From positions 34,912 to 98,911 of the forward strand of contig JAQWJV010000046.1 in the NCBI GenBank assembly GCA_029248185.1: DNA of 64,000 bases, given 5' to 3'. Shown here one piece after another: positions 30,268 to 40,483 of this stretch. Both the position numbers and the translations under genes were made by a program. The stretch is from Flavobacteriaceae bacterium. GTDB lineage: Bacteria; Bacteroidota; Bacteroidia; Flavobacteriales; Flavobacteriaceae. The notes beneath the pieces were generated by a model that was given only the letters and a program-made list of their open reading frames with translations, did not search any database and was not told the DNA's origin. Numbering within the stretch: the stretch's first letter is position 1; each line of letters starts with the position of its first letter.

Positions 30268-31331
30268 ATTTCAAAATTTTGGAAGCAAGCGTTAAAAAAG
30301 ATATCAGAGCCTTATCCAAAGAAGAACTACAAGACTTCTTTGTTTCCCATGATGCCCCTTCATTTAAAGGAGGTCAGGTTTTTCAGTGGCTATGGCAAAA
30401 AGGGATTCATGATTTTGAATTGATGACTAATCTTTCTTTGGAGCATCGTAACTTGCTTAAGGCACATTTTGAGATAAAGCATATCAATATAGATTCCCAA
30501 CAACGCAGTGCTGATGGAACAATTAAAAATGCCGTAAAACTTCATGATCATCTGGTAGTTGAATCTGTTTTGATTCCAACAAGTACAAGAACAACAGCTT
30601 GTGTTTCTTCTCAAGTGGGGTGTAGTTTGGATTGTACTTTTTGTGCCACAGCTGCTTTGAAGAGGATGAGAAATTTGAATGCAGATGAAATTTATGATCA
30701 AGTGGTTGCGATGGATCAGCAAAGTAAGCTTTATCATCAACGCCCATTATCGAATATTGTTTTCATGGGAATGGGTGAACCCCTAATGAATTACAAAAAT
30801 GTACTAGCTGCAATTGATAAAATCACCGATTCAGAGGCTTTAGGAATGTCTCCAAGAAGAATAGTCCTTTCAACCTCTGGAATTCCAAAGTTGATCAGGA
30901 AAATGGCTGACGACAAAGTGAAATTTGGTTTAGCAGTGTCCCTTCATAGTGCGCGGCAGGAGATAAGGGAGCAGATCATGCCTTTTGCAAAAAAGTTTCC
31001 CCTTACAGAATTAATTGAAGCCTTGGAATATTGGTATGCTTATACCAAAAAACAAATCACTTTTGAATATGTGGTTTGGGAGGGAGTGAATGATTTAAAA
31101 GAAGACATTCAGGCACTTGTTGGATTATGTAGACGCATTCCTTCTAAGGTAAATATTATTCAGTATAATCCCATTGACGGTTCTTCGATGAAGCAAGCCC
31201 ATCAGACTGTAATTGATGCCTATATTGCGGCCTTAACTAAGGCGCGAATTAGCGTAACCTACCGTCGTTCAAGAGGAGTGGATATTGACGCAGCTTGTGG
31301 ACAGTTAGCCAATAAGATAGATTCAAAGTAA
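30255..31331 (+). CDS. rlmN: 23S rRNA/tRNA adenine-C2 methyltransferase RlmN (radical SAM)
   Basis: Radical-SAM motif CSLDCTFC and C-terminal DAACGQL. The ORF-track ATG 30255 lies inside the queA terminator stem, so the real start is more likely TTG 30279. Confidence 0.9.
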   Translation: MRFFYFKILEASVKKDIRALSKEELQDFFVSHDAPSFKGGQVFQWLWQKGIHDFELMTNLSLEHRNLLKAHFEIKHINIDSQQRSADGTIKNAVKLHDHLVVESVLIPTSTRTTACVSSQVGCSLDCTFCATAALKRMRNLNADEIYDQVVAMDQQSKLYHQRPLSNIVFMGMGEPLMNYKNVLAAIDKITDSEALGMSPRRIVLSTSGIPKLIRKMADDKVKFGLAVSLHSARQEIREQIMPFAKKFPLTELIEALEYWYAYTKKQITFEYVVWEGVNDLKEDIQALVGLCRRIPSKVNIIQYNPIDGSSMKQAHQTVIDAYIAALTKARISVTYRRSRGVDIDAACGQLANKIDSK

Positions 31332-31383
31332 ACCTTCTCTAAATGCATAAGGTCACTCAAGATTTGATATCTTTGTTTAGTCT

Positions 31384-32361
31384 ATGAAAGTTGTTGAGCG
31401 TATTAAAGAACCTATTTATCAGGAGATGGAACTTTTTGAAGAAAAGTTCACTCAATCCATGTTTTCCAAGGTAGCTTTACTCAACCGAATCACTCATTTT
31501 ATTGTTAACCGGAAAGGAAAGCAAATGCGTCCCATGTTTGTTTTTCTTGTGGCAAAGCTAGTAGGTGAAGGAAAAGTAAATGATCGAACTTATAGAGGTG
31601 CGGCCGTTATCGAATTGATTCATACAGCCACTTTAGTTCATGACGATGTTGTAGATGATAGTAATAAACGACGCGGTTTTTTTTCCATTAACGCACTTTG
31701 GAAAAATAAGATCGCCGTTTTGGTAGGGGACTATTTACTGTCTAAAGGCTTGCTTTTGTCTATTGAAAATGAAGATTTTGATTTACTCAAGATTATTTCT
31801 GTTGCCGTCAGGGAGATGAGTCAAGGGGAATTACTTCAGATTGAAAAGGCTAGAAACCTTGATATTACAGAAGAGATTTATTACGATATCATACGTCAAA
31901 AAACGGCCACTTTATTAGCTTCTTGTTGTGCGCTTGGGGCTCAATCGGTAAATGCATTACCTGAAGAGGTAGATAAAATGCATCGTTTTGGGGAGGTGCT
32001 TGGAATGGCATTTCAGATAAAAGATGATCTTTTTGATTATGGTGACCAAAAAATAGGAAAGCCTACCGGTATTGACATTAAGGAGCAAAAAATGACACTC
32101 CCGCTCATACATACTTTGAACGTGGTTTCAAAAGCAGAAAAGAAAGCACTTTTCAATATCGTTAAAAATGACAATAAAAATAAAGCTAAGGTGATGGAAT
32201 TGATCGCCATTGTTAAAGATAAGGGAGGCTTAGATTTTGCAATCCAAAAAATGGAAAATTATAGGAAAGAAGCCTTATCACTCTTGTTTGAATTTCCAAA
32301 AAATGAATATCGTGATGCATTAGAATTAATGCTCAACTACGTTATTGAACGAAAAATTTAA
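31384..32361 (+). CDS. polyprenyl diphosphate synthase (trans-IPPS)
   Basis: First Asp-rich motif LVHDDVVDD and second Asp-rich motif KDDLFDY. Confidence 0.85.
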   Translation: MKVVERIKEPIYQEMELFEEKFTQSMFSKVALLNRITHFIVNRKGKQMRPMFVFLVAKLVGEGKVNDRTYRGAAVIELIHTATLVHDDVVDDSNKRRGFFSINALWKNKIAVLVGDYLLSKGLLLSIENEDFDLLKIISVAVREMSQGELLQIEKARNLDITEEIYYDIIRQKTATLLASCCALGAQSVNALPEEVDKMHRFGEVLGMAFQIKDDLFDYGDQKIGKPTGIDIKEQKMTLPLIHTLNVVSKAEKKALFNIVKNDNKNKAKVMELIAIVKDKGGLDFAIQKMENYRKEALSLLFEFPKNEYRDALELMLNYVIERKI

Positions 32362-32424
32362 AGACTTTACTGTGAATGTAAAACATTTGCACAGAATGTT
32401 ATAAATTTATCAAAACACGAATTT

Positions 32425-34389
32425 TTGATCTCAAGAAATACCATTGACCAAGTATATGAAACCGCTCGAGTTGAGGAGGTGATAGGGGATTTTGTGGTTT
32501 TAAAAAAATCGGGAAGTAATTTTAAAGGACTAAGTCCTTTTTCTCAAGAGCGTACACCCAGTTTTATGGTTTCTCCCGTAAAACAAATTTGGAAAGATTT
32601 TAGTAGCGGTAAAGGGGGCAATGTCATTGCCTTTTTGATGGAACACGAACACTTTACCTATCCAGAAGCTATTCGTTTTTTGGCGAAAAGATATAATATT
32701 GAAATTGAGGAAACAGAGCAGTCCGATGAGGAAAAAGAAAAAGCGAATGCGCGCGAAAGTCTATACTTAGTCAATCAGTTTGCGCAAGATAGTTTTGCCC
32801 AAGATCTTTGGGAGTCCTCTGAAGGAATGGCAATTGGTCTGAGTTATTTTAGAGAGCGAGGTTTTACGGATGAATCCATTCGGTTTTTTAGTTTGGGATA
32901 TGCCGCAGAACAAAGGGATCACTTCTATCAGAAAGCCACTAAGGCAGGCTATGCTGAAAATTTTCTCGAAGAAACCGGTCTGGTTATTAAAAATGAACGG
33001 GGAGCCGTTGATCGTTTTCGTGGACGTGTTATTTTTCCCATTCGAAGTATGGCTGGGAGAGTTCAAGGTTTTGGAGGTCGAATTTTATCTGCCACAGCAA
33101 AAACAGCGAAATACCTAAACTCACCTGAAAGTGATATTTACCATAAAAGCAAGGTATTATATGGGATGTTTGAGGCTAAGAAAGCGATTGCTAAAGAAGA
33201 TGTGTGTTATTTAGTAGAAGGCTATACTGATGTCATTCAAATGTATCAGCAGGGGGTTGAGAATGTAGTTTCCTCCTCGGGCACAGCACTTACTTCTGAA
33301 CAAATTAGATTGATTAGGAGGCTGACTTCGAATATCGTCGTTTTATTTGATGGGGATGCTGCCGGTTTACGTGCTGCAATACGTGGAATTGATTTGATCC
33401 TAGAGCAAGGGATGAATGTAAAGATTTGTACGTTTCCTGTTGGTGAGGATCCTGACAGTTTTGCCAAGTCTCATACCTTAGAAGAAATTACTGCGTATCT
33501 GAAGACAGAAGCGAAAGATTTCATTCAATTTAAAACAGATTTATTGTTGCATGAGGCAGACAATGACCCTGTAAAGAAATCAAACACGGTTCGAGAAATA
33601 GTTCAAAGCATTGCTAAAATTCCTGATCCAATCAAACAGGAAATTTACATCAAGCAATGTGCCAATACAATGGATGTCTCAGAGGCGATTTTGTTTAATG
33701 CACTTGCCCAAGAGCAGAGTAAGAAGAAAGTTCCCATTAGGAAAATAAATCAACCTGTTTCCAAGGGCGATACTATCGTTCAAAAAATACCTTCAAAAGA
33801 AAGTGGAGTCAATCCTTTGCTTTCATTAGAGCGGCAAATTATTGGTATTTTATTGCAATATGGAAGTCAGGAGGCTGCTTTTGATGAGCTATTTATAAGT
33901 GCGGATGAAGAAGGGAATTTAATGGAAGAGTCTAAAATTGTACAATCTAAGGTGTATGAGAAAATATTTTTGGATTTACAGCAAGATGAAGTGGAGTTGA
34001 TTCAGCCTGAGTTTCAAATCCTTTATACACAACTTATTGAGCGTTTTCAGCTAGAAGGAGATGTGAAGCCCGAAAAAATAATTCAACAAGAAGACCCTTA
34101 TTTGGGACAAATTTTAACAGATATTTTATTTGCAGATGAAGCGCATCAACTTCATGATTGGGAAAAGAAAAACATTTTTGTTAAAGATCGAAAAAGTGCA
34201 GTTGGGCAGTTGGTAAGTGAAACCATCTTAACCTTTAGAAGGTATTTAATTGATCAAAAAATTCAAAGTTTGATGGATATTGCTAAAAAGCCAGACGCTT
34301 CTGAAGAGGATAAAATCTTTTTAGAGGATGTCATGCAGTATCAAAACTTAAAAAAATTACTGTCAAGAAAGCTGAACCGTGTTCTTTAA
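32425..34389 (+). CDS. dnaG: DNA primase
   Basis: TOPRIM motifs LVEGYTDV and LFDGDAAG. The N-terminal zinc-binding-domain scaffold is present, but Cys/His are absent at the ligand positions. TTG start. Confidence 0.9.
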   Translation: MISRNTIDQVYETARVEEVIGDFVVLKKSGSNFKGLSPFSQERTPSFMVSPVKQIWKDFSSGKGGNVIAFLMEHEHFTYPEAIRFLAKRYNIEIEETEQSDEEKEKANARESLYLVNQFAQDSFAQDLWESSEGMAIGLSYFRERGFTDESIRFFSLGYAAEQRDHFYQKATKAGYAENFLEETGLVIKNERGAVDRFRGRVIFPIRSMAGRVQGFGGRILSATAKTAKYLNSPESDIYHKSKVLYGMFEAKKAIAKEDVCYLVEGYTDVIQMYQQGVENVVSSSGTALTSEQIRLIRRLTSNIVVLFDGDAAGLRAAIRGIDLILEQGMNVKICTFPVGEDPDSFAKSHTLEEITAYLKTEAKDFIQFKTDLLLHEADNDPVKKSNTVREIVQSIAKIPDPIKQEIYIKQCANTMDVSEAILFNALAQEQSKKKVPIRKINQPVSKGDTIVQKIPSKESGVNPLLSLERQIIGILLQYGSQEAAFDELFISADEEGNLMEESKIVQSKVYEKIFLDLQQDEVELIQPEFQILYTQLIERFQLEGDVKPEKIIQQEDPYLGQILTDILFADEAHQLHDWEKKNIFVKDRKSAVGQLVSETILTFRRYLIDQKIQSLMDIAKKPDASEEDKIFLEDVMQYQNLKKLLSRKLNRVL

Positions 34390-35016
34390 ATTAATTCAAG
34401 ATTAAAGGCTTGTTGATATAGATCGGCAGCATTGTTTACATCAAGCTTTTTCATCAGTCGACTTTTATATGTATTTACAGTTTTCTGATTAATTTTTAAT
34501 GTAGCTGCAATTTCAATATTTCTTTTTCCATCAATGAGGAATTTTAAGACTTCTATTTCTCGAGAGGAAAAGGGTTCCATAGGCATTTCTTGGACGATGG
34601 AGGTCTGCATTTTTATTGATTTGATTTGCAAAATTTGAGGTGATATGATAACCGTCATGATAAACTTTTTCAATGGCCTCGATCAATGTTTCTTGACTAA
34701 TTTCTTTTGAAAGAAATCCCCTAGCTCCTGCCCTTAATATTGACAATCCATAAACAGATTCTTTTAAAGAAGTGTAAATAAGAATTAATGTATCGGGATA
34801 AAGAGATTTTATTTTCTTCACAGTTTGGACAGAACTTCCATCTTTTAATTCCATCTCCATAATGATGATATCGATATAGTTTTCGAGTAGAAAGTCAAAT
34901 AGCTGTTTGATTTTAGTGAAAGTGCCAAGCACTTCAATGTGGCTTGTATTTTTGAAAAAAGATTTGAATCCCCTTTGAACAATGGGATGGGGGTCGAGTA
35001 GAGCAATTTGAATCAT
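34386..35016 (-). pseudogene. NarL/FixJ-type response regulator split by a +1 frameshift
   Basis: The receiver domain (34531-35016 ORF) and the LuxR HTH (34386-34673 ORF; SSREIEVLKFLIDGKRNIEIA...KTVNTYKSRLMKKL) overlap in different frames. The junction is at about 34640-34660. Confidence 0.65.
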
Positions 35017-35063
35017 CAGAATAAGATTAGGGGGTACTAATTTACTGCAATGTAAGAATTTAT

Positions 35064-35876
35064 TTACAAAAACTCTTTGGGCACTTTACAAACGGGAATT
35101 GGATTCATTTTATGTTGATTTTGAAGGTGGTGTTTTTTGAAAATTTCAAATACCTCCTTTTGACGTTCAGAAAAACTAGGTGTAGAATTATGGCTTTGAA
35201 AAGCACCCATAGCCCATTCTAATTCAGGATAGGTTGCACCTAACTGGTCTTCGTCAGTTCGATCATCTCCCCAAAGCCCGTCTGTGGGAGCTGCATTTTG
35301 AATGGAATCAATGATCTGAAGTTCTTTGGCAAGTTCAAACACTTCCGTTTTCATAAGATCTGCAATCGGACTTAAATCGACGCCACCATCCCCATATTTA
35401 GTATAAAATCCAACTCCAAAATCTTCTACTTTATTTCCTGTACCTGCAACAAGGTAGCGATGAAGGGCTGCAAAATAGTAAAGGCTGGTCATTCTTAGAC
35501 GTGCTCTTGTGTTGGCTAAACTTAAAAATTGCGCTTCTTTTTCTTTGGTTTCGGGCAGGATCTTAGTAAAAGAATCGAAAACGGAATCCAAAGGAAGTCG
35601 TAATGACGTGACATTTTCAAAATTGGATTCCAGCCATTTAATATGATTTTGTGCACGACTTATTTGACCCTGCTCTTGTTTGATGGGCATTTCAAGGCAA
35701 AACACGTTCTTCCCAGTTTTTGCACAGAGTGTGGAAGTAACTGCCGAATCAATTCCCCCCGAGATTCCTACAACAAAGCCGTTCATTCCACTTTTTTCAA
35801 TATAGCTATTGAGCCAATGGGTAATATGAATTGCTACTTTTTCAGGTGATTTCATCATTAAATCATTTATAGCCAT
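35064..35876 (-). CDS. nadE: NH3-dependent NAD+ synthetase
   Basis: PP-loop GISGGIDSAV. Confidence 0.9.
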   Translation of the reverse strand: MAINDLMMKSPEKVAIHITHWLNSYIEKSGMNGFVVGISGGIDSAVTSTLCAKTGKNVFCLEMPIKQEQGQISRAQNHIKWLESNFENVTSLRLPLDSVFDSFTKILPETKEKEAQFLSLANTRARLRMTSLYYFAALHRYLVAGTGNKVEDFGVGFYTKYGDGGVDLSPIADLMKTEVFELAKELQIIDSIQNAAPTDGLWGDDRTDEDQLGATYPELEWAMGAFQSHNSTPSFSERQKEVFEIFKKHHLQNQHKMNPIPVCKVPKEFL

Positions 35877-35908
35877 TAAATTTACCCAAAATTAAAGCAT
35901 TTAAGGGT

Positions 35909-36916
35909 ATGATAATAATTCTTAGACCTAGACTTATTTCTTTTTTTCGATTTCTTCAGCCGAGACGTATTATTTTTTTGCTTTTCATTCTCTTTTATTC
36001 CTGTCAATCCGAAAATCAGAATGAAGCCGAGATTGAAGCGATTCCTGTTCAAGTATCATTAGATCGTTTTGATTTAAAGTTTTACAACCAGCCTTCGTCA
36101 GTTATCCCTGGTCTTAAGGCTCAATATCCTTATTTGTTTCCCAAACAATTTTCAGATAGTGTCTGGATTAATCGGCAAACCGATAGCTTACAATTATTAT
36201 TGCAAAACGAGGTGAATAAAACCTTTAACAATACGGATAAAGTTGAGTCGGAGTTGAGCCATCTGATTAAACACATTAAATTTTATTTCCCTGAAACAAA
36301 GGTTCCGAAAGTAATTACATTGACAAATAATGTTGATTATCAAATAAAAACAGTTTATATGGACAGTTTGTTGTTGCTTTCATTAGACACCTTTCTGGGA
36401 TCTGACAACCCCTTATACGATGGTATTCCAAATTATATCCGAAAAGAATTAGACCCAAAATATATTCAGGTTCAGGTAGCTGATAAGTTTGCGTCCTTCC
36501 TGATTTCTCAGCCTGAAAACCGCACTTTTTTGTCCCGAATGATCTATGAAGGAAAAAAACTCTTTTTACAAGATATTTTTCTCCCTCATATTGCTCAAGA
36601 AGATAGGATCTTGTATACAGCTGAAGAGTTTGACTGGGCCTTGAAGAACGAAGTGTACTTATGGCAATATTTTGTAGAAAAACAAGTATTGTATCAAACC
36701 GATCCAGACTGGGTACAACGTTTTATTGAGCCGGCCCCTTTTTCAAAATTTTATTTGCAACTCGACAATGAAACACCCGGTAGAATTGGTTCTTGGTTGG
36801 GATGGCAGATTGTAAAAAGTTATGTAATACAATACCCAGATACACCCCTTGAAGAGCTTTTAAGACTCCCCGCTCAAAAATTATTTAATTTATCTAAATA
36901 CAAACCGAAACGTTAA
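35909..36916 (+). CDS. gldB: gliding motility lipoprotein GldB
   Basis: Lipoprotein signal ...LFYSCQ. Lies immediately upstream of gldC. Family recognised from layout and memory only. Confidence 0.7.
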   Translation: MIIILRPRLISFFRFLQPRRIIFLLFILFYSCQSENQNEAEIEAIPVQVSLDRFDLKFYNQPSSVIPGLKAQYPYLFPKQFSDSVWINRQTDSLQLLLQNEVNKTFNNTDKVESELSHLIKHIKFYFPETKVPKVITLTNNVDYQIKTVYMDSLLLLSLDTFLGSDNPLYDGIPNYIRKELDPKYIQVQVADKFASFLISQPENRTFLSRMIYEGKKLFLQDIFLPHIAQEDRILYTAEEFDWALKNEVYLWQYFVEKQVLYQTDPDWVQRFIEPAPFSKFYLQLDNETPGRIGSWLGWQIVKSYVIQYPDTPLEELLRLPAQKLFNLSKYKPKR

Positions 36917-36917
36917 T

Positions 36918-37253
36918 ATGGCTATTAAAAAAAATACTGAAATTGAAATTCAAGTAAGCCTTGATGAAAATAATATACCCGAACAAATGAAATGGACTGC
37001 TGAAGATGGAGGGGTAAAAGATCAAGATACAAAAGCGATGTTATTGTCTTTTTGGGATTCAGAGCAACAGGAAGCGCTCAAAATGGATTTGTGGGTAAAA
37101 GATATGCCTGTAGATCAAATGCAATTGTTTTTTTATCAAACGCTAATGTCTTTAAGTGACACTTTTTACAGAGCTACTCAGGATGAGAAAATGACTGCTA
37201 CCATGAGAGATTTTTGTGATTATTTTGCGGAAAAGTTAGAGCTTAAAAAATAA
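36918..37253 (+). CDS. gldC: gliding motility protein GldC
   Basis: 111 aa. The strings MDLWVKDMPVDQM and TMRDFCDYFAEKLELKK match my memory of GldC. Confidence 0.8.
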   Translation: MAIKKNTEIEIQVSLDENNIPEQMKWTAEDGGVKDQDTKAMLLSFWDSEQQEALKMDLWVKDMPVDQMQLFFYQTLMSLSDTFYRATQDEKMTATMRDFCDYFAEKLELKK

Positions 37254-37871
37254 CTAACTCAAATCTGTTTCAGAAAGACTCTGATTAAGAGAGTGAATGT
37301 ATTCCAGTATTTCTTTTCCACCAGTTTTATGGAGTGATGAGGTAACAAAAATTGGAGGTAATTCTTCCCATTGGGTTTCGAGCATTTTTTTAGTGTACGC
37401 ATTAATATTTCTCTCTCTGGCAGCAGGTTTAAGTTTGTCTGCTTTCGTAAAAATGATTGAAAAAGGGATGTAGTTTTCCCCAAGCCATTCCATAAAGTTC
37501 ATGTCGATGGGCTGAGGTTCATGTCTTATATCAATGAGTAAAAATGCATTTACAAGCTGCTTGCGTTGTTTAAAATAATTAGTAATAAATTTTTGAAATA
37601 CTTTTTTTTGTGTTTTGGAAACACGAGCATATCCAAACCCAGGTAAATCAACAAGATGCCAATTTTGATTGATTAAAAAATGATTAATTAATTGGGTTTT
37701 TCCTGGTCTTGATGAGGTTTTGGCAAGTTTTTTTTTGTTGCAAATGGCATTGATAAGGGAAGACTTTCCCACATTGGAACGACCGATAAATGCGTATTCG
37801 GGTAAATTGGAGTTTGGACATTTGGATACGTCCGAATTACTAATTACAAAAGTTGCGGAACGAATCTGCAT
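37254..37871 (-). CDS. engB: ribosome biogenesis GTPase YihA/EngB
   Basis: G1 [13 protein letters not shown]3 DLPGFG and G4 TKADK. Confidence 0.9.
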   Translation of the reverse strand: MQIRSATFVISNSDVSKCPNSNLPEYAFIGRSNVGKSSLINAICNKKKLAKTSSRPGKTQLINHFLINQNWHLVDLPGFGYARVSKTQKKVFQKFITNYFKQRKQLVNAFLLIDIRHEPQPIDMNFMEWLGENYIPFSIIFTKADKLKPAARERNINAYTKKMLETQWEELPPIFVTSSLHKTGGKEILEYIHSLNQSLSETDLS

Positions 37872-37876
37872 GGTTT

Positions 37877-38641
37877 CTAGAAGTTTCTAGTTTCCAACCA
37901 AGTTTCAAGCGTTGAGTTGAATTGATTAGGATGCTCCATCATAGCTGCATGACCACATTTGTCAATCCAATACAAATTAGAATCGGGCAAGAGTTCGTGA
38001 AATTCATCGGCTACATTAGGGGGAGTGACACTGTCTTGAGCACCCCATATGATAGCTACAGGTGTTTTCATTTTGGGCAAATCTTTAGCCATATTATGCC
38101 TAATTGCACTTTTTGCTAAAGCTAAAGTTCGGACAAGTTTATTTCTGTCATTCACCGTTTCAAAAACTTCATCAACAATTTCTTTGGTGGCTGTTTTTGG
38201 ATCATAAAATACAGCTTCACTTTTAACTTTGATATACTCATAGTTACCCCGTTTTGGATAACCATCTCCCATATTATTCTCGTAGAGCCCAGAGCTCCCG
38301 GTCAAAACCAATCCTTTTACCAATTCAGGGTAATCACGGGTAAATAATAAACCGACATGTCCACCCAACGAATTTCCTAGTAAAATCACATCTTTCAGGT
38401 TTTTATGAAGAATGAATTTGTGTAAAAACTGAGATAATGATTTTACAGAAGTATTCAAAACAGGCATGCTATAAACAGGTAACTCAGGGATAATAACCTG
38501 ATATCCTTTTTCAGGAAAATAATCAAGCACACCCTTGAAATTACTCAATCCACCCATTAAGCCATGAAGAATAATAATAGGTTGTCCAGTTCCAGACTCA
38601 ACGTAATTAAATTCTTTTTCATTTATAAGCTGTTCCTTCAT
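37877..38641 (-). CDS. alpha/beta-fold hydrolase
   Basis: Nucleophile elbow GNSLGG, HG oxyanion motif ILHGLMG and C-terminal CGH. Confidence 0.7.
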   Translation of the reverse strand: MKEQLINEKEFNYVESGTGQPIIILHGLMGGLSNFKGVLDYFPEKGYQVIIPELPVYSMPVLNTSVKSLSQFLHKFILHKNLKDVILLGNSLGGHVGLLFTRDYPELVKGLVLTGSSGLYENNMGDGYPKRGNYEYIKVKSEAVFYDPKTATKEIVDEVFETVNDRNKLVRTLALAKSAIRHNMAKDLPKMKTPVAIIWGAQDSVTPPNVADEFHELLPDSNLYWIDKCGHAAMMEHPNQFNSTLETWLETRNF

Positions 38642-38738
38642 AAAGCTGATGCGTAATTATAATCGGTAAATATAGACATTTCCATTTTAGCCGTCACTTT
38701 TATTTACTATTACAACAAATTCATGAAGGAAGTAAGCG

Positions 38739-38784
38739 GTGGTAAAACTTATTAACAATGTGGTAATTTGTGGGAAATAGTGGT
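38739..38784 (+). promoter_or_regulatory. phased GTGG(T/G) direct repeats, candidate MraZ operator
   Basis: GTGGT at 38760, GTGGG at 38770 and GTGGT at 38780 sit at an exact 10-bp period. A fourth GTGGT is at 38739. All lie 40-85 nt upstream of the mraZ start. Confidence 0.55.
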
Positions 38785-38794
38785 AAATATAGTT

Positions 38795-38802
38795 TATATT
38801 TG
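38795..38802 (+). promoter_or_regulatory. Bacteroidota -7 box (TAnnTTTG) candidate for the dcw operon
   Basis: TATATTTG lies 23 nt upstream of the mraZ GTG, directly downstream of the GTGG repeats. Confidence 0.4.
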
Positions 38803-38824
38803 ACTTCTAAATAAACACCGCAAA

Positions 38825-39292
38825 GTGCAACACCTGATTGGAACTTATGAATGTAAAGCTGACGCAAAAGGGCGTATCATGATGCCTATTGCGATTAAAA
38901 AGCAGTTAGCGGCATCTGCATCTGAAGGTTTTGTATTGAAAAGAGCGGTATTTAATCCTTGTTTAGAATTGTATCCGATGAAGGAATGGAGGGTGCTGAT
39001 GGAGAAAGTCAATGGACTGAATCGATTTAATAAAAAGAACAATGATTTTATTCGACGTTTTACCGCTGGTGTCAAAACAGTCGAAATGGATGTTTCTGGT
39101 CGTCTTTTGATTTCAAAAGATCTAGTGACTCATGCAAAAATTTCTAAAGAAGTAGTGGTTTCTTCTACAGTTAATATTCTTGAAATTTGGGATAAAACGC
39201 TTTATGAAACAGCGATAGACGAGGCTACTCTTGATTTTGGAGCCTTAGCAGAGGACGTCATGGGAGATAAAAATGAGGACACAATATCATAA
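38825..39292 (+). CDS. mraZ: transcriptional regulator MraZ
   Basis: Two half-domains carrying DAKGRIMMP and DVSGRLLIS. First gene of the dcw cluster. GTG start. Confidence 0.9.
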   Translation: MQHLIGTYECKADAKGRIMMPIAIKKQLAASASEGFVLKRAVFNPCLELYPMKEWRVLMEKVNGLNRFNKKNNDFIRRFTAGVKTVEMDVSGRLLISKDLVTHAKISKEVVVSSTVNILEIWDKTLYETAIDEATLDFGALAEDVMGDKNEDTIS

Positions 39293-40175
39293 TCCGGTAC
39301 TTCTTCAAGCCTCTATTGAAGGTTTGTATATTCGCCCTGGGGGAACCTATGCTGATGTAACTTTTGGTGGCGGAGGTCATTCTCGAGCAATTTTAGAGGA
39401 GCTAAATGAAGAGGGTCGTTTGTTGGGGTTTGATCAAGATGCAGATGCTTTAAGGAATAGTATCGAAGACTCTCGATTTGATTTTGTGGCAGCAAATTTT
39501 AGTCACCTTTCGCAATACTTGAAATACCATAAGATTGATAAGTTAGATGGAATTTTAGCTGACTTTGGTGTGTCCTCTCATCAGTTTGACACCCAAGAAC
39601 GCGGTTTTTCAATACGAACAGATGCTCGACTGGATATGCGTATGAATCAGGCCCAATCCCTGGATGCGCAGGAAGTGATTAACACTTATTCTGAGAAGAG
39701 CTTAGCTTCACTTTTTTTTGAATTTGGAGAGTTAAAGAATTCAAAGAGTATGGCAAAAAGAATAGTTTCTGCAAGAGAGGAAAAGGATATTGTCACAACG
39801 ATGGACTTGATCGAGCTAATAAGACCTTTAGTTCCGCAACGCATTGAAAATAAAATTTTAGCACAACTTTTTCAGGCACTTCGCATTGAGGTAAATAATG
39901 AACTGGAAGTTTTAAAATCATTTTTAGTTCAAGCCACTGAAACTTTGTGTAAGGGCGGAAGGTTGGTTTGTATTTCCTATCACTCACTTGAGGATCGCTT
40001 GGTGAAAAGATTTATTCAGACCGGAAGTTTTGATGGCGAGCTTGAGAAAGATTTTTATGGAAACCCGATTAAACCTTTATCTAAAATTGGAAAATTAATT
40101 ATCCCTTCCCCTGAGGAGATAAAGGATAACGGCAGAGCAAGAAGTGCCAAATTAAGAATAGCAGAAAAGATATGA
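39273..40175 (+). CDS. rsmH: 16S rRNA (cytosine1402-N4)-methyltransferase
   Basis: HNPVLL and DVTFGGGGHS motifs. Confidence 0.95.
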   Translation: MRTQYHNPVLLQASIEGLYIRPGGTYADVTFGGGGHSRAILEELNEEGRLLGFDQDADALRNSIEDSRFDFVAANFSHLSQYLKYHKIDKLDGILADFGVSSHQFDTQERGFSIRTDARLDMRMNQAQSLDAQEVINTYSEKSLASLFFEFGELKNSKSMAKRIVSAREEKDIVTTMDLIELIRPLVPQRIENKILAQLFQALRIEVNNELEVLKSFLVQATETLCKGGRLVCISYHSLEDRLVKRFIQTGSFDGELEKDFYGNPIKPLSKIGKLIIPSPEEIKDNGRARSAKLRIAEKI

Positions 40176-40483
40176 ATAAGATTTTATCCTTACTGAATAT
40201 CGAATTCTTGATAAAAGAAGATGCTTTTAAAAATTGGAGAATGATCTTATTTGTATCTGCTTTAGCAATGTTTATGATTGCTAGCGGACATAGTGCAGAT
40301 CGCAAGATTTTTAAAATAGCCTCTTTAAATGCCGATATCCGGGCTTTAAAGAGTGATTTTATTGAAGGCAAAAAGGTGTTGATGGTTTTAAAAAAAGAGA
40401 CTACAGTAACTCAGCTTTTAGCAGAAAAAGGAATTGGACCTGCAGCCACTCCACCCATTAAAATAAATATTAGCAATGATTAG
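40172..40483 (+). CDS. FtsL-like cell division protein
   Basis: 103 aa with a single TM helix (ILFVSALAMFMIASG). The call rests on its position between rsmH and ftsI. Confidence 0.5.
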   Translation: MNKILSLLNIEFLIKEDAFKNWRMILFVSALAMFMIASGHSADRKIFKIASLNADIRALKSDFIEGKKVLMVLKKETTVTQLLAEKGIGPAATPPIKINISND

